A DNA stretch of 64,000 bases from Bacteroidetes bacterium ADurb.Bin145. Its GTDB lineage: Bacteria; Bacteroidota; Bacteroidia; Bacteroidales; VadinHA17. The notes under the pieces are model-generated. The model was not told the origin of the DNA. It did not search any database and was given only the letters and a program-made list of their open reading frames with translations. Below are positions 1-9,430 of the stretch, piece by piece; the first letter of the stretch is position 1; each line of letters begins with the position of its first letter. Where the stretch lies: NCBI GenBank assembly GCA_002070505.1, contig MWDJ01000003.1, positions 14,103 through 78,102 of the forward strand, in the 5' to 3' direction. A program made the translations under genes and the position numbers.

Positions 1-6
1 TATGTA

Positions 7-1143
7 ATGCCTGATACATCCCAGTTGCGTAAGCTTGGCATGGAATCGGATCCTGTGTCGCTGTCATTTAAGATCAGTGAAAGGATGGATGGTGATATCG
101 TAGATAATCTGAACTTCAGGCTAACAATGAAACCGGGTGATACGACGGTTAGCAAACCTGAATTACCTAAACAGGTTATTAAAAAAGATACAACCTATAT
201 GATAATTCATGAAGTCACCCAGGAACTTATAACAATTGCTGAAGACAGCTGGGCAATACAGCTGGGTGCATTCAGGAAGAGGTCAAATGCTGAAGCTTAT
301 AAAAGAACTCTTCAGAAGCTACTGGGGAAGGATGTAGAAATAGTTGTAGAAGGGGATTATTACAAAGTCAGGATCCTGGATCTCAAAACACGTGAGGAAG
401 TTGACAGGAATATTGAACTGTTGCAGAAGAATGGAGTAACTGAGCTGTGGGTGATAAGGCTTAAGGCAAAACATCAGCAGCTTGTGCTTAAGGAAAGAAC
501 TGATTCAATAGCCAAAATAACAGAAACAGTTGTTGAAAGTGAAATTCCTGTCTTCAGTTTTGAAATGGTATTGCAGGCGGGGGCTTTCCGTAACGAAATA
601 AATGCAATTAACCTTAAAAACAAACTTTCCGGAATGCTCAGCAAACCTGTCCAGATAATATTTGCTGACGGATATTATAAAGTGCAGATAACTGGTTTTG
701 AAAATCTTGAGGAGATCGATAAGATGGTCAGGGCACTCGGGTTCCTGGGCCAGAAGGATCTCTGGATCCCTCCAACGACCAGAAGAGATACTTTTGTCCC
801 CCCGGTTATAAAGCCCGATACTACAGGACCAGGGCCTGAAGAGAAACAAATTGTACCTGCCGTTGAAGAAGAGCCTGCTGTAAAGGAACCTACTTATGCA
901 CTCCAGGTTGGAGTTTTCCGCAAGAAGAGTGAAGCCCTGAGGGCTCAGCGGAGGATCCGTTCAAAATTAAAATTACCTGTTGAAATAGTAGAGCAATGGG
1001 AATATTACCACGTAATAGTTACAGGATTTTTCACAAGGGAAGAAACCTTTAAATTTTATCCGGAACTTACCGGTCTCGGATATCCGGGAATTTCACTTAT
1101 TGAAAACTACAGGAGTAAGAATTCAATTCCACCACTGAAATAA
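7..1143 (+). CDS. SPOR domain-containing protein (three SPOR-like repeats); may extend 5' beyond the window
   Basis: Three repeats of the pattern [YW]A[IL]Q[LV]GAFR..-.A......L....-V.I....GYYKV.I.GF (e.g. WAIQLGAFRKRSNAEAY, VLQAGAFRNEINA, YALQVGVFRKKSEA). No stop codon lies upstream in frame at positions 1-6. Confidence 0.75.
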   Translation: MPDTSQLRKLGMESDPVSLSFKISERMDGDIVDNLNFRLTMKPGDTTVSKPELPKQVIKKDTTYMIIHEVTQELITIAEDSWAIQLGAFRKRSNAEAYKRTLQKLLGKDVEIVVEGDYYKVRILDLKTREEVDRNIELLQKNGVTELWVIRLKAKHQQLVLKERTDSIAKITETVVESEIPVFSFEMVLQAGAFRNEINAINLKNKLSGMLSKPVQIIFADGYYKVQITGFENLEEIDKMVRALGFLGQKDLWIPPTTRRDTFVPPVIKPDTTGPGPEEKQIVPAVEEEPAVKEPTYALQVGVFRKKSEALRAQRRIRSKLKLPVEIVEQWEYYHVIVTGFFTREETFKFYPELTGLGYPGISLIENYRSKNSIPPLK

Positions 1144-1147
1144 ATTC

Positions 1148-1984
1148 CTATAAAAAAGTCACATCCAACGGTCTGCGATAGACCGTTTTCCGGTACTTAA
1201 TATCAGGATACCCCAGACATACTGCAGTAAGGACAGTTTGTTTATTTGAAAGTTGTATCAGCTTTTTTAATGATCTGAAACGGTTGGAAAGAATAACGAA
1301 ATATCCGTTCATCAGGGTGCCGATTCCCATTGTCTGTGCAGCAAGGTCAATTGTATTGCTTGCGATCCCGGCATCCCACTGTGTGATCCTGAAATATTGA
1401 TCTTCAGTATATATTACAAGAAGGCACGGAGCGCCTCTAAGGAATGTATCATAACCTTTGGCATACAGATCTACCAGCCGCCTTGAACTGCTGCGGTTCT
1501 TTTTCTTCACAAAGTATTTTACCGGGAACATATTGGCCATCCCGGAGATCCGGTCCATTTTTGAAGCCATTTCATCTCTGATCTTCTGAAGTACTTCGGG
1601 ATCAGTGATGAACTTATATTTCAACCCCTGTTTATTGGATCCTGTCGGGATATATCTGACAACATTAAGGATTTGATCAATATGCTCCTGCTTCAGTGGT
1701 TCGGTTTTGAAGTTCCTGATGCTTCTCCTGTTCCTGACAAGGTTAGTGAATTGATCGGTGGTGATGCCCGGAGCAACAATTCTCCTGTATTCGCTCATAT
1801 CGACCCTTGTGTTTACTATAGCATCAACCGGACATACTGCGATACAATGGCCGCAATCGCTGCACCCGGCTTCGATTATTTTATAAGGCCTGCCATCATC
1901 TCCTTCGCCTATGCGCTTTGAACCACAGACTTTAATACATAATCCGCATCTGGTACAAAGGTCATAATCTATTTTTATGTTCAT
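1148..1984 (-). CDS. nitroreductase-family protein with N-terminal 2x[4Fe-4S] ferredoxin domain
   Basis: CTRCGLCIKVCG and CSDCGHCIAVCPVDAI cluster motifs are followed by the nitroreductase signature RRSIRNFKTEPL. The gene is convergent with the SPOR gene and lies downstream of nrfA. Confidence 0.75.
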   Translation of the reverse strand: MNIKIDYDLCTRCGLCIKVCGSKRIGEGDDGRPYKIIEAGCSDCGHCIAVCPVDAIVNTRVDMSEYRRIVAPGITTDQFTNLVRNRRSIRNFKTEPLKQEHIDQILNVVRYIPTGSNKQGLKYKFITDPEVLQKIRDEMASKMDRISGMANMFPVKYFVKKKNRSSSRRLVDLYAKGYDTFLRGAPCLLVIYTEDQYFRITQWDAGIASNTIDLAAQTMGIGTLMNGYFVILSNRFRSLKKLIQLSNKQTVLTAVCLGYPDIKYRKTVYRRPLDVTFL

Positions 1985-1989
1985 TTATT

Positions 1990-3504
1990 TCATTTAGCCG
2001 ATACAAACTCATTCTGTTCTCTTATTCTGCCTGTCTTTATCCATTCCGGCAGAACAGTCTGCAAAAATAATTTCTTTTCTTGATTAACTGAACCCATATC
2101 GAGACCTATATAACTCTGAGCTTTGGATTTAGTGCTGATGTCGGGGTACGGTACCTCCAGGTTATACTCAAGTGAGGATAAAACCCTTGCAAGTTTTATC
2201 CTTGCCTCCTGGGCAATAGATATCCCTCCTGCTATGATCCTGCTGAGCTCGACCGGTGAGTGAAAAGAATTGCCATGTCCTGCCGCTGAAAAATCCCATC
2301 TCCACTGAGCCCGCCTTATGTCGTTCAGGATATCCTTCATCTGTTCTTCTCCGGCACCTTTGTCCCATGCAGTCTTTGCTTCCACATGGCATCTTACAAG
2401 CAGGGTCTCAAGAATATTCCTGGTCTCTATTATTTTGTCCTGACGGCTATAAACATCTTTGATCAGCTGTTGTGTTTCTTCCCTGTGACAGACCTGGCAT
2501 GAATTGGCAACATTATTCAGGGGGCTTTGTATATGATGATCCGTGAACTTCTGCCCTCCCTCACTGATGAACGGCATATGACAATCGGCACAGGAGACGC
2601 CTCTCGACGCATGTACGCCTGAAAGATATATTTCATAATCAGGATGCTGAGCTTTCAGCATGGGAGCCCTGCTCAGGGCATGTGTCCAGTCAGAGAATCC
2701 TGTTTCATCATAATATTTTTCAATTTCTTCGGCAGTGGTACCGTTTTTCCATGGAAAGACAAGATACTGCACTCCTTCAAACATTTTCTTGTTGAAATAG
2801 TATTCCACATGGCACTGGGCACATACAAGACTTCTCATTTCCTGGTGAGAAACTTTGTTTATATCACGGCCCATCGACGTGAAGGCCTCCAGAAGTGCAG
2901 GACGGGATATCCTGAGATTCATTGTTTTTGAGTCGTGACAATCAGCGCAACCTATGGGATTAATTATTTCTGATCCTTTTGTATCCCATGTTTCTTTATA
3001 AAACTCTGCAACACCTGTCTTATTCATTAGTCTTGGCACATCGGGGCTTTTGCATGCCCAGCAGGTGTTGGGCTGGGGACTGGGCACACCGTTAACCGGA
3101 GCCCCCGTACGCAGGGTTTTTTGAATATCCTCAACTGCATGATAATGTCCGCGACCCTGTTTATAGTCTCTGGAAAAAAGGTATCCGGCCCATAGCACAG
3201 CCATGTTTGGTGATTCTTCAAGCATATCGACGGTTGCGCTTCCATTGTATTTGCTCCTGAAGGTCGTATCGGCCGTTAATGTATAAGAGTTATATTCCCT
3301 TGGAAAAACCTCACCCCAGATCTCATTTCTCGGTTCATCAGGGGAAAAAGTAATTTCCGGAGTGTATGCGAAAACGGCTTCAGCTCTTCTTTCAATTATT
3401 GAAGATGCAAGTAATCCTAAAAAAAATACCACTACGACAGTGATTGTAAAAACAATCCACCCCAACCAGGGCTTTGCTTTTAATAATTCCTGAATTGACT
3501 TCAT
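1990..3504 (-). CDS. nrfA: ammonia-forming cytochrome c nitrite reductase, pentahaem catalytic subunit
   Basis: N-terminal TM/signal anchor. Five haem sites are present, including the diagnostic CXXCK (CWACK) plus CADCH, CAQCH, CADCH and CQVCH. Length is about 500 aa and the gene follows nrfH directly. Confidence 0.93.
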   Translation of the reverse strand: MKSIQELLKAKPWLGWIVFTITVVVVFFLGLLASSIIERRAEAVFAYTPEITFSPDEPRNEIWGEVFPREYNSYTLTADTTFRSKYNGSATVDMLEESPNMAVLWAGYLFSRDYKQGRGHYHAVEDIQKTLRTGAPVNGVPSPQPNTCWACKSPDVPRLMNKTGVAEFYKETWDTKGSEIINPIGCADCHDSKTMNLRISRPALLEAFTSMGRDINKVSHQEMRSLVCAQCHVEYYFNKKMFEGVQYLVFPWKNGTTAEEIEKYYDETGFSDWTHALSRAPMLKAQHPDYEIYLSGVHASRGVSCADCHMPFISEGGQKFTDHHIQSPLNNVANSCQVCHREETQQLIKDVYSRQDKIIETRNILETLLVRCHVEAKTAWDKGAGEEQMKDILNDIRRAQWRWDFSAAGHGNSFHSPVELSRIIAGGISIAQEARIKLARVLSSLEYNLEVPYPDISTKSKAQSYIGLDMGSVNQEKKLFLQTVLPEWIKTGRIREQNEFVSAK

Positions 3505-3516
3505 GGTATACGGGAT

Positions 3517-4128
3517 TTAGTTAGTTTTCCTGATTAATAATTCTTTTATCCATTGCGGCACTGGTGATTCCGGGAGAGGCACCCTTGCGTATGGTACGCT
3601 TGACAGGCTGTTCACTGTGCCGTGAGGTGTCTCCCGGTGGCATTCCCAGCATTTCCTGCTCATCCTGAAATTGTGTGTCTCCTGGCTATAGTTCCGCAAT
3701 CTTGTATCTGTAACAAGCTCTTTGTGGCATCTTATGCAATTCCGGTGAACTACCTCCCTGCCGGCATCCTTGATAAAGATGACCTGTGGTTCCTTCCTTA
3801 ACGTGAAAATAGTGGCATGTCTCAAACCATCCTTAGCTTTAAAAAAATATTTGTTCAGTACATTATTATGGGGGACATGACAATCATTGCAATTTGTTTT
3901 CCCGCGATGTGAGCTATGATACCAGGTTGCATACTGTGGAGCCATTATGTGGCAGTTCACACAAGTCTCGGGTTTATCTCCCAGGTATGAAGGAGCATTT
4001 GAAATATATAATGAAAAAAAACTCAGGCCTGCAAATATGCCAACCATTAATATTACAGGCAATTTCCACCTGTCAGGAGGTATGATTTTCTTTATCAGAT
4101 CTATCATTTTATAATGCAATATATCCAA
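3517..4128 (-). CDS. nrfH: cytochrome c nitrite reductase small subunit, NapC/NirT-type tetrahaem quinol dehydrogenase
   Basis: N-terminal TM helix and four CXXCH motifs (CVNCH, CNDCH, CIRCH, CWECH). The gene lies 12 bp upstream of nrfA on the same strand. Confidence 0.9.
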   Translation of the reverse strand: MDILHYKMIDLIKKIIPPDRWKLPVILMVGIFAGLSFFSLYISNAPSYLGDKPETCVNCHIMAPQYATWYHSSHRGKTNCNDCHVPHNNVLNKYFFKAKDGLRHATIFTLRKEPQVIFIKDAGREVVHRNCIRCHKELVTDTRLRNYSQETHNFRMSRKCWECHRETPHGTVNSLSSVPYARVPLPESPVPQWIKELLIRKTN

Positions 4129-4446
4129 TCAAAGAATACTAATCTAATATTTTTCAAAGTTTCTTTCTGAATTATTAAAAGCAGGGAAAATCAGTCCTTT
4201 TTGTACCTCATAATAAACTTTCTGACTTTAAATCAATTACGTTTTCAACAAAAAAAATCTTTAAAAAAAACCGTAATTTAGAATGATTCTAAGGTAACAA
4301 TCGGGTATCAATCCAAATTAAACTTATAGATACTATCTTGGCGGCAACTTAGGTTTATAAGGTTTATTTACGCAAAGAATTTCCCTTCCTTTTCCAGTTG
4401 CCGCCTTTCTTTTATTTATATTTAAACCTGATCATTTTAAAACCAC

Positions 4447-5199
4447 ATGAAGATGAAAAAGATATTCTTTCCCGTACTGTTATTGCTGCTGCTTGGTTGC
4501 TCTTCCGGCAATAAGGATATTATCTTTCATTATTCCGTTCTTAAAGCTCTTGATAACGGGGTTCTTGAGGGCGATATGACTATTGGCCAGTTAAAGAAAC
4601 ATGGTGATCTGGGTCTGGGTACCTATAACCATATGGATGGAGAAATGGTAGTGCTTGACGGCTCATTTTACAGGATCTCTCAGGAAGGGAAGCTATTGAA
4701 TCCAGGAGATGACACTCTGACTCCGTATTCTATTGTAACCTTCTATAATGAGGATGCGAAGTTCACATTGGAAGGTGATATAACATATCCTTCCCTGAAA
4801 GCTCAGGCAGCTGAAAAACTTCCATCCCTTAATTATTTTTACGCCTTCCGGATCACCGGTGAATTTGAATACATAAAGTGCGGAGGGGCAAATGCCCAGA
4901 ATAAACCATATAACAGATCATTGAATGAAATGCTTGCCGACCGACCGGTTTATGTTGGCAGGAATATCACCGGGACGCTGGTGGGATTCTGGTGCCCTGC
5001 ATACATAGGTGACATAAATACAGCGGGGTTCCACCTTCATTTTATTTCTGACGATCACACTCTGGGTGGCCATCTGATGGAATTCAGGGCCGGTTCTCTT
5101 AACCTGGGCTACGATATCAAGTTTGATTATAAAATAATTCTACCCGATACAGAGATCTTCAGAGATGCTAAATTCAGGAATGAACCAGTAAATTATTAA
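4447..5199 (+). CDS. budA: alpha-acetolactate decarboxylase with lipoprotein-type signal peptide
   Basis: HYSVLKALDNGVLEGDMTIGQLKKHGDLGLGTYNHMDGEMVVLDGSFYR and GFHLHFISDD are typical AlsD/BudA blocks. The N-terminus MKMKKIFFPVLLLLLLGCSS has a lipobox. Confidence 0.85.
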   Translation: MKMKKIFFPVLLLLLLGCSSGNKDIIFHYSVLKALDNGVLEGDMTIGQLKKHGDLGLGTYNHMDGEMVVLDGSFYRISQEGKLLNPGDDTLTPYSIVTFYNEDAKFTLEGDITYPSLKAQAAEKLPSLNYFYAFRITGEFEYIKCGGANAQNKPYNRSLNEMLADRPVYVGRNITGTLVGFWCPAYIGDINTAGFHLHFISDDHTLGGHLMEFRAGSLNLGYDIKFDYKIILPDTEIFRDAKFRNEPVNY

Positions 5200-5245
5200 C
5201 AAAAAAAATAATATTTACAGTTGAATTTATTAATAAAAGAACTTT

Positions 5246-6265
5246 ATGAAGAATATTTCCTTAATCTCTCTTTTCTTGTTTTGTTTTACTTTACTTACCG
5301 CTGCCGGAGTAAATGGTGATTCAAATCAGGGAGCTCCGGCTTATATCTATTTTTTCAGGCTTCCAAATTATTCCGGTTCAGCCGCAAAAATGACAATTAA
5401 AGCCAATGGACAACCTGTTGTAAGATTGCGAAATGCTTCTTATTTCAAATATGAAGTACAACCCGGAGATTATGTTTTCTCTACCGGTTCCGGAGAGTCC
5501 TCATCGGTTCGTATAAATATTGAATCGGGAAAGGATTATTATATCAAATGTTACATAAATATGGGATTCTGGTCAGGGATACCTATTGTTGAGCTTGTTG
5601 ACAGGGATTCCGGAAGGGCGAGCATTGACGGGAACAAACTGACTGAACAGGCTTTTGAACAAATTGAAATAAAGGACAGAAAATCAAGGGCAGGGATATT
5701 CCTAAGCGGTGGTGCGGGATTTGAATCATACCCCTGGTTTACGGATGAAGATGGGAAAGATGTTAAACTAAGCACCGGCGGAGGTTTTGGAATTGGTGCC
5801 GAATTCGGACATCAGTTTGGTAAGAGCCTGGATCTTTCTTTCAATTGTTTTTTTCAGAGCAGCGTCCTTTCAGAAAGATTAAAAAATGCCAGCGGTTCAT
5901 TTAACAGGCTCGGGCTGACGGTAACACCAGCCCTCGTAATCCCTGTAAAAGGCGGAGAACAACTCCGGTTCAGGATCGGAGCAGGACCCGGGCTGTACAG
6001 CATTGGAACAATGAAAATTGATGCCTCTGAAATCATTGGATCCACCTATACTTTTAAATATAAAACGGCCTTTGGATTTCAGAGCTCCTTTTTATTTGAG
6101 TCCAATTTCATGGAAAGAGGTTCAATGTCACTCGCAGTAAGATACAGTAATATACGCTATAAATATAATCCCGACGGAAGCTCTCATCTTGTAGCAGATC
6201 CTAAACTTACCGGACCCAATGGTTCCGGTATAGATTTTATAATCGGGTATAGTTATTTGTTTTAG
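5246..6265 (+). CDS. signal-peptide protein, DUF2846-like N-terminal domain plus predicted outer-membrane beta-barrel C-terminus
   Basis: IYFFRLPNYSGSAAKMTIKANGQPVVRLRNASYFKYEVQPGDYVF...GKDYYIKC resembles DUF2846. The C-terminal half has alternating Gly/aromatic beta-strand patterning and ends in ...IGYSYLF (terminal Phe). Confidence 0.5.
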   Translation: MKNISLISLFLFCFTLLTAAGVNGDSNQGAPAYIYFFRLPNYSGSAAKMTIKANGQPVVRLRNASYFKYEVQPGDYVFSTGSGESSSVRINIESGKDYYIKCYINMGFWSGIPIVELVDRDSGRASIDGNKLTEQAFEQIEIKDRKSRAGIFLSGGAGFESYPWFTDEDGKDVKLSTGGGFGIGAEFGHQFGKSLDLSFNCFFQSSVLSERLKNASGSFNRLGLTVTPALVIPVKGGEQLRFRIGAGPGLYSIGTMKIDASEIIGSTYTFKYKTAFGFQSSFLFESNFMERGSMSLAVRYSNIRYKYNPDGSSHLVADPKLTGPNGSGIDFIIGYSYLF

Positions 6266-6482
6266 TTTCTTACTCATCTGATGAAGATAAGTAACAGTTA
6301 TAACAGATAGCGACATCAAATTGAATTATTTGTACCCGGACAGGCCTGTCGCTTAATAATGTTAATTTTTATTAATAATGATTTATTTTTTTTATATTTT
6401 ATCTGCAGAATTTCTTCATTTTCAAATTTAAATATAATTTAGCGGCCATTAAAAAGAACTGTATTATTTTAATTAAACCATT

Positions 6483-8234
6483 ATGAAAAACCATAATAGA
6501 TTTAACGTATCGGACCTCAAAGGTAAACTGGGAAAAATCAGAGACTGGATGACAGATCATAACATGCCTCCGAAGCTTGTCTTCTTTCTATTGGGTATAA
6601 TATCCACGATCTGGTTCCTGATAAGGGTTATTCCCAAGCCAAGCCGTGCAACATATCCCTGCATGAGAGTAGCTGCGCCTTTTATGTCAGGGTTTGTGAC
6701 TTATTTACTTGCAGTTGCCGGATTTACAGCATTATCAAGAAAAATTAAAAGCAGATTCCTCAACGTAAGATATTTTGCTGCCGCCCTGCTTACTTTCGGA
6801 GCTATCGTCGTAATGGCAATATCCCCAATAAGAGATTTAATGACCTCCGATCAGACAGGTACATTTGGCGTCGGACCGGATGACGGACCCAATCAGCCAT
6901 TCGGTAATCCTACCGGAATATTCCCCGGCAGGGTTGTATGGGTATGGAACCCCGATGCAACTAATGAGAAATTCGAACACAATGATTTTGCGAAATATGA
7001 CTGGTTTGTAAACAAGGAGAATATAAATGAACAGGTCGTTGGTAAGATGTTCAGGGACGGCATCCTGAAACTCACAGGAAAAAACTCTGTCGCCAATGCA
7101 TGGGATGCAGTATTCCACAACTTCAACACCAAGAAACTTAACAACAACAAAGGCTATACCAAAGGAGAGATGATCTTTGTCAAGATAAACCAGGGTCAAT
7201 CACGATGGGTGCTGGAGCAGGACGACAAAAATAAAGGTTACTATATTCCCAGGACTGTTGCTCCGGGATCGGAAAGAAGATTGAGGAGTTTCATCCCTAC
7301 AGAAACATCACCTTATTTTGTGCTTGAACTATTGCGGGAACTCGTGAACGAATGCGGAGTGAACCAGGAAGATATCTGGATAGGTGATCCGATGTGCCCA
7401 ATCTGGGGTCATAATTATGAAGTATGGGCCAAAGAATTCCCGAAGGTAAAATACATCGATCGGATATCAGATATGCATGGCCGTACACTTATCAAATATT
7501 CTGAGAATCCGCTTGTATTCTATGCCGACAAAGTCGACACCGATAAACTTTATGATGTTGTTGAAAAAGCCGATTATTTAATAAATATGACCGTGATGAA
7601 ACCTCACGGAGCAGCTGGTATTTCACTCACTGCCAAGAGCCATTTCGGTAATATCGGAAGGCCTACAGCAGGTCATCTTCACCGTTCCCATATAGCGAAC
7701 AGGAGAGAAGGTTCACCAAGTAATGGAGGTTATGGAAAATACAGGGTCTTTGTGGATCTGATGGGGAGTAAATACCTCGGACAGAATACCTGTATCTGGA
7801 TTGTAGAAGCTTTATTCGGCGGTGGTTCCAGCGAGATAATGGGGCCTGTGAAATATTTCATGCCGCCATTTAACAACGACTGGTGTAATTCACTTTTCTT
7901 ATCCCTTGATCCTGTTGCAATTGAATCGGTTGGCTATGATTTCCTGAGAACAGAATGGGACGGAACACACACGCATGATGCGGTAAATAATGACTGGGAA
8001 TCAATGGTAAATACAAAGGGTGTTGACGATTATATACACCAGGTTGCTGATCCATCGAAACGTCCGGCCGACATCTTTTATGATCCGGATAACAGTGGAA
8101 AGACATTTGGGAGTCTTGGAGTTCATGAACACTGGAACAATGCTACCGATAAACAATATTCCCGTAATCTGGGTACCGGAAAGGGAATTGAATTGGTTTC
8201 GATCCCCGATAATCTTGTTAAAAATGTTAATTGA
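6483..8234 (+). CDS. membrane-anchored DUF362-like protein (paralog of 10947..12392)
   Basis: About three N-terminal TM helices. DUF362-like blocks are present: IFVKINQGQSRW, TSPYFVLELLRELVNECGV..IWIGDP, ADYLINMTVMKPHGAAGISLTAKSHFGN, DPVAIESVGYDF. Long collinear identity to the ORF at 10947. Confidence 0.55.
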   Translation: MKNHNRFNVSDLKGKLGKIRDWMTDHNMPPKLVFFLLGIISTIWFLIRVIPKPSRATYPCMRVAAPFMSGFVTYLLAVAGFTALSRKIKSRFLNVRYFAAALLTFGAIVVMAISPIRDLMTSDQTGTFGVGPDDGPNQPFGNPTGIFPGRVVWVWNPDATNEKFEHNDFAKYDWFVNKENINEQVVGKMFRDGILKLTGKNSVANAWDAVFHNFNTKKLNNNKGYTKGEMIFVKINQGQSRWVLEQDDKNKGYYIPRTVAPGSERRLRSFIPTETSPYFVLELLRELVNECGVNQEDIWIGDPMCPIWGHNYEVWAKEFPKVKYIDRISDMHGRTLIKYSENPLVFYADKVDTDKLYDVVEKADYLINMTVMKPHGAAGISLTAKSHFGNIGRPTAGHLHRSHIANRREGSPSNGGYGKYRVFVDLMGSKYLGQNTCIWIVEALFGGGSSEIMGPVKYFMPPFNNDWCNSLFLSLDPVAIESVGYDFLRTEWDGTHTHDAVNNDWESMVNTKGVDDYIHQVADPSKRPADIFYDPDNSGKTFGSLGVHEHWNNATDKQYSRNLGTGKGIELVSIPDNLVKNVN

Positions 8235-8279
8235 AATTGTTGTTATTGATAAATCTTATTCAAAAATCCATATCTGAAC

Positions 8280-9320
8280 ATGCATAAAAAAAGCATTATT
8301 CTAATATCCCTTCTGATACTTACAGGTTTGTTTTATGGATCTGATGCTCAGGCTGAAGTCATTAAACGCTCATTTGGCAAGAAATTACAGCTAAAGAAAT
8401 TCTATTCCGTAACTGTAGATGATAACAACGTAAAATGGTTTCTGACTGAATCCGGGATAGTAAGCTTTGATGGTAAGAAGTGGATTCTCCAGAACAAGAA
8501 CACTCAGCTTCCTAAGTCAGATGTGAAGGACATTGAGTTTGTTAAGACATCATCCGGCCGTAAGATCTGGGTAGCCAGTCCGGAAGGTGCAGCCCTTGTA
8601 TCTATCCCTGTTGATAAGAAGAAGCCTGTAAATACATATAATACTGAAAATTCACCCTTATTAAGCAGCAATGTAATGTCTGTTGCTGCCGGTGCTAATT
8701 CATTAAGCTGGATAGGAACAGAAAAAGGGGTTTCTGCCATCAGGGGCGACAAATGGCTTGATTATGCTTATCTGGAACAATATCCCCAGGAGTTGTTCAA
8801 AGAACATCCAATTACCTCACTGGCCACAAGCACAGACGGAGATTCTCTTTATGTTGCAACAGTTGGTGTCGGTGTATTAAGAGTTTACAGAAACAAAGTT
8901 GACGGTATCTCCGGAGCATCTGACTATGCTCAGTGGGGGCCTATTTATATGCCATCCGACAATGTTTACAGCATATGCATAGCTCCAGATGGTACTCAAT
9001 GGTTCGGCACTGATATGGGAGTTGCCAGGCATACAGGATATAACACTCTCGCAAACTGGACCGTTTTCGACACAAAAAATGGCCTTATCAATAATTTCGT
9101 TCAGGCAATTGCTGTTGATAAAGATGGGAAAGTATGGTTTGGAACTAAAAACGGAATTTCTGTTTTTGACGGATCAAAATGGACCGCAATAACGGAAAAA
9201 GAAGGACTTACCAGCGGTAATGTGCTTTGCATAACAGTCGATAAAGATGGAGTAATCTGGATCGGAACTGATAATGGAGTTACCTGTTTCAATAAGGGAG
9301 TCTTCACTAATTTCAATTGA
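8280..9320 (+). CDS. secreted beta-propeller protein (two-component-regulator propeller type repeats)
   Basis: Signal peptide, then repeated W[FI]GT..G[VI]..[FH] blades (QWFGTDMGVARH, VWFGTKNGISVFDGSKW, IWIGTDNGVTCFNKG). Confidence 0.65.
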   Translation: MHKKSIILISLLILTGLFYGSDAQAEVIKRSFGKKLQLKKFYSVTVDDNNVKWFLTESGIVSFDGKKWILQNKNTQLPKSDVKDIEFVKTSSGRKIWVASPEGAALVSIPVDKKKPVNTYNTENSPLLSSNVMSVAAGANSLSWIGTEKGVSAIRGDKWLDYAYLEQYPQELFKEHPITSLATSTDGDSLYVATVGVGVLRVYRNKVDGISGASDYAQWGPIYMPSDNVYSICIAPDGTQWFGTDMGVARHTGYNTLANWTVFDTKNGLINNFVQAIAVDKDGKVWFGTKNGISVFDGSKWTAITEKEGLTSGNVLCITVDKDGVIWIGTDNGVTCFNKGVFTNFN

Positions 9321-9430
9321 AAGAAAAAATTCTATTTAACAGCTGAAATGAACAATTCCTGTGTGGCAATTGTTACAACACTGAACATAGAATAAACTCA
9401 TTATTTATTTAGTTAAATACCGCCAAAGGA

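Noticed and set aside
505-849. Antisense or shadow ORFs nested inside strong genes. Examples are 505..849, 1673..1921, 2168..2392, 6837..7199, 9456..9794, 18292..18582, 18664..18999, 29278..29838, 39787..40185 and 53902..54216.
   Set aside because: Each lies wholly within, and opposite to or out of frame with, a CDS that has clear family motifs. Their translations are low-complexity and motif-free.
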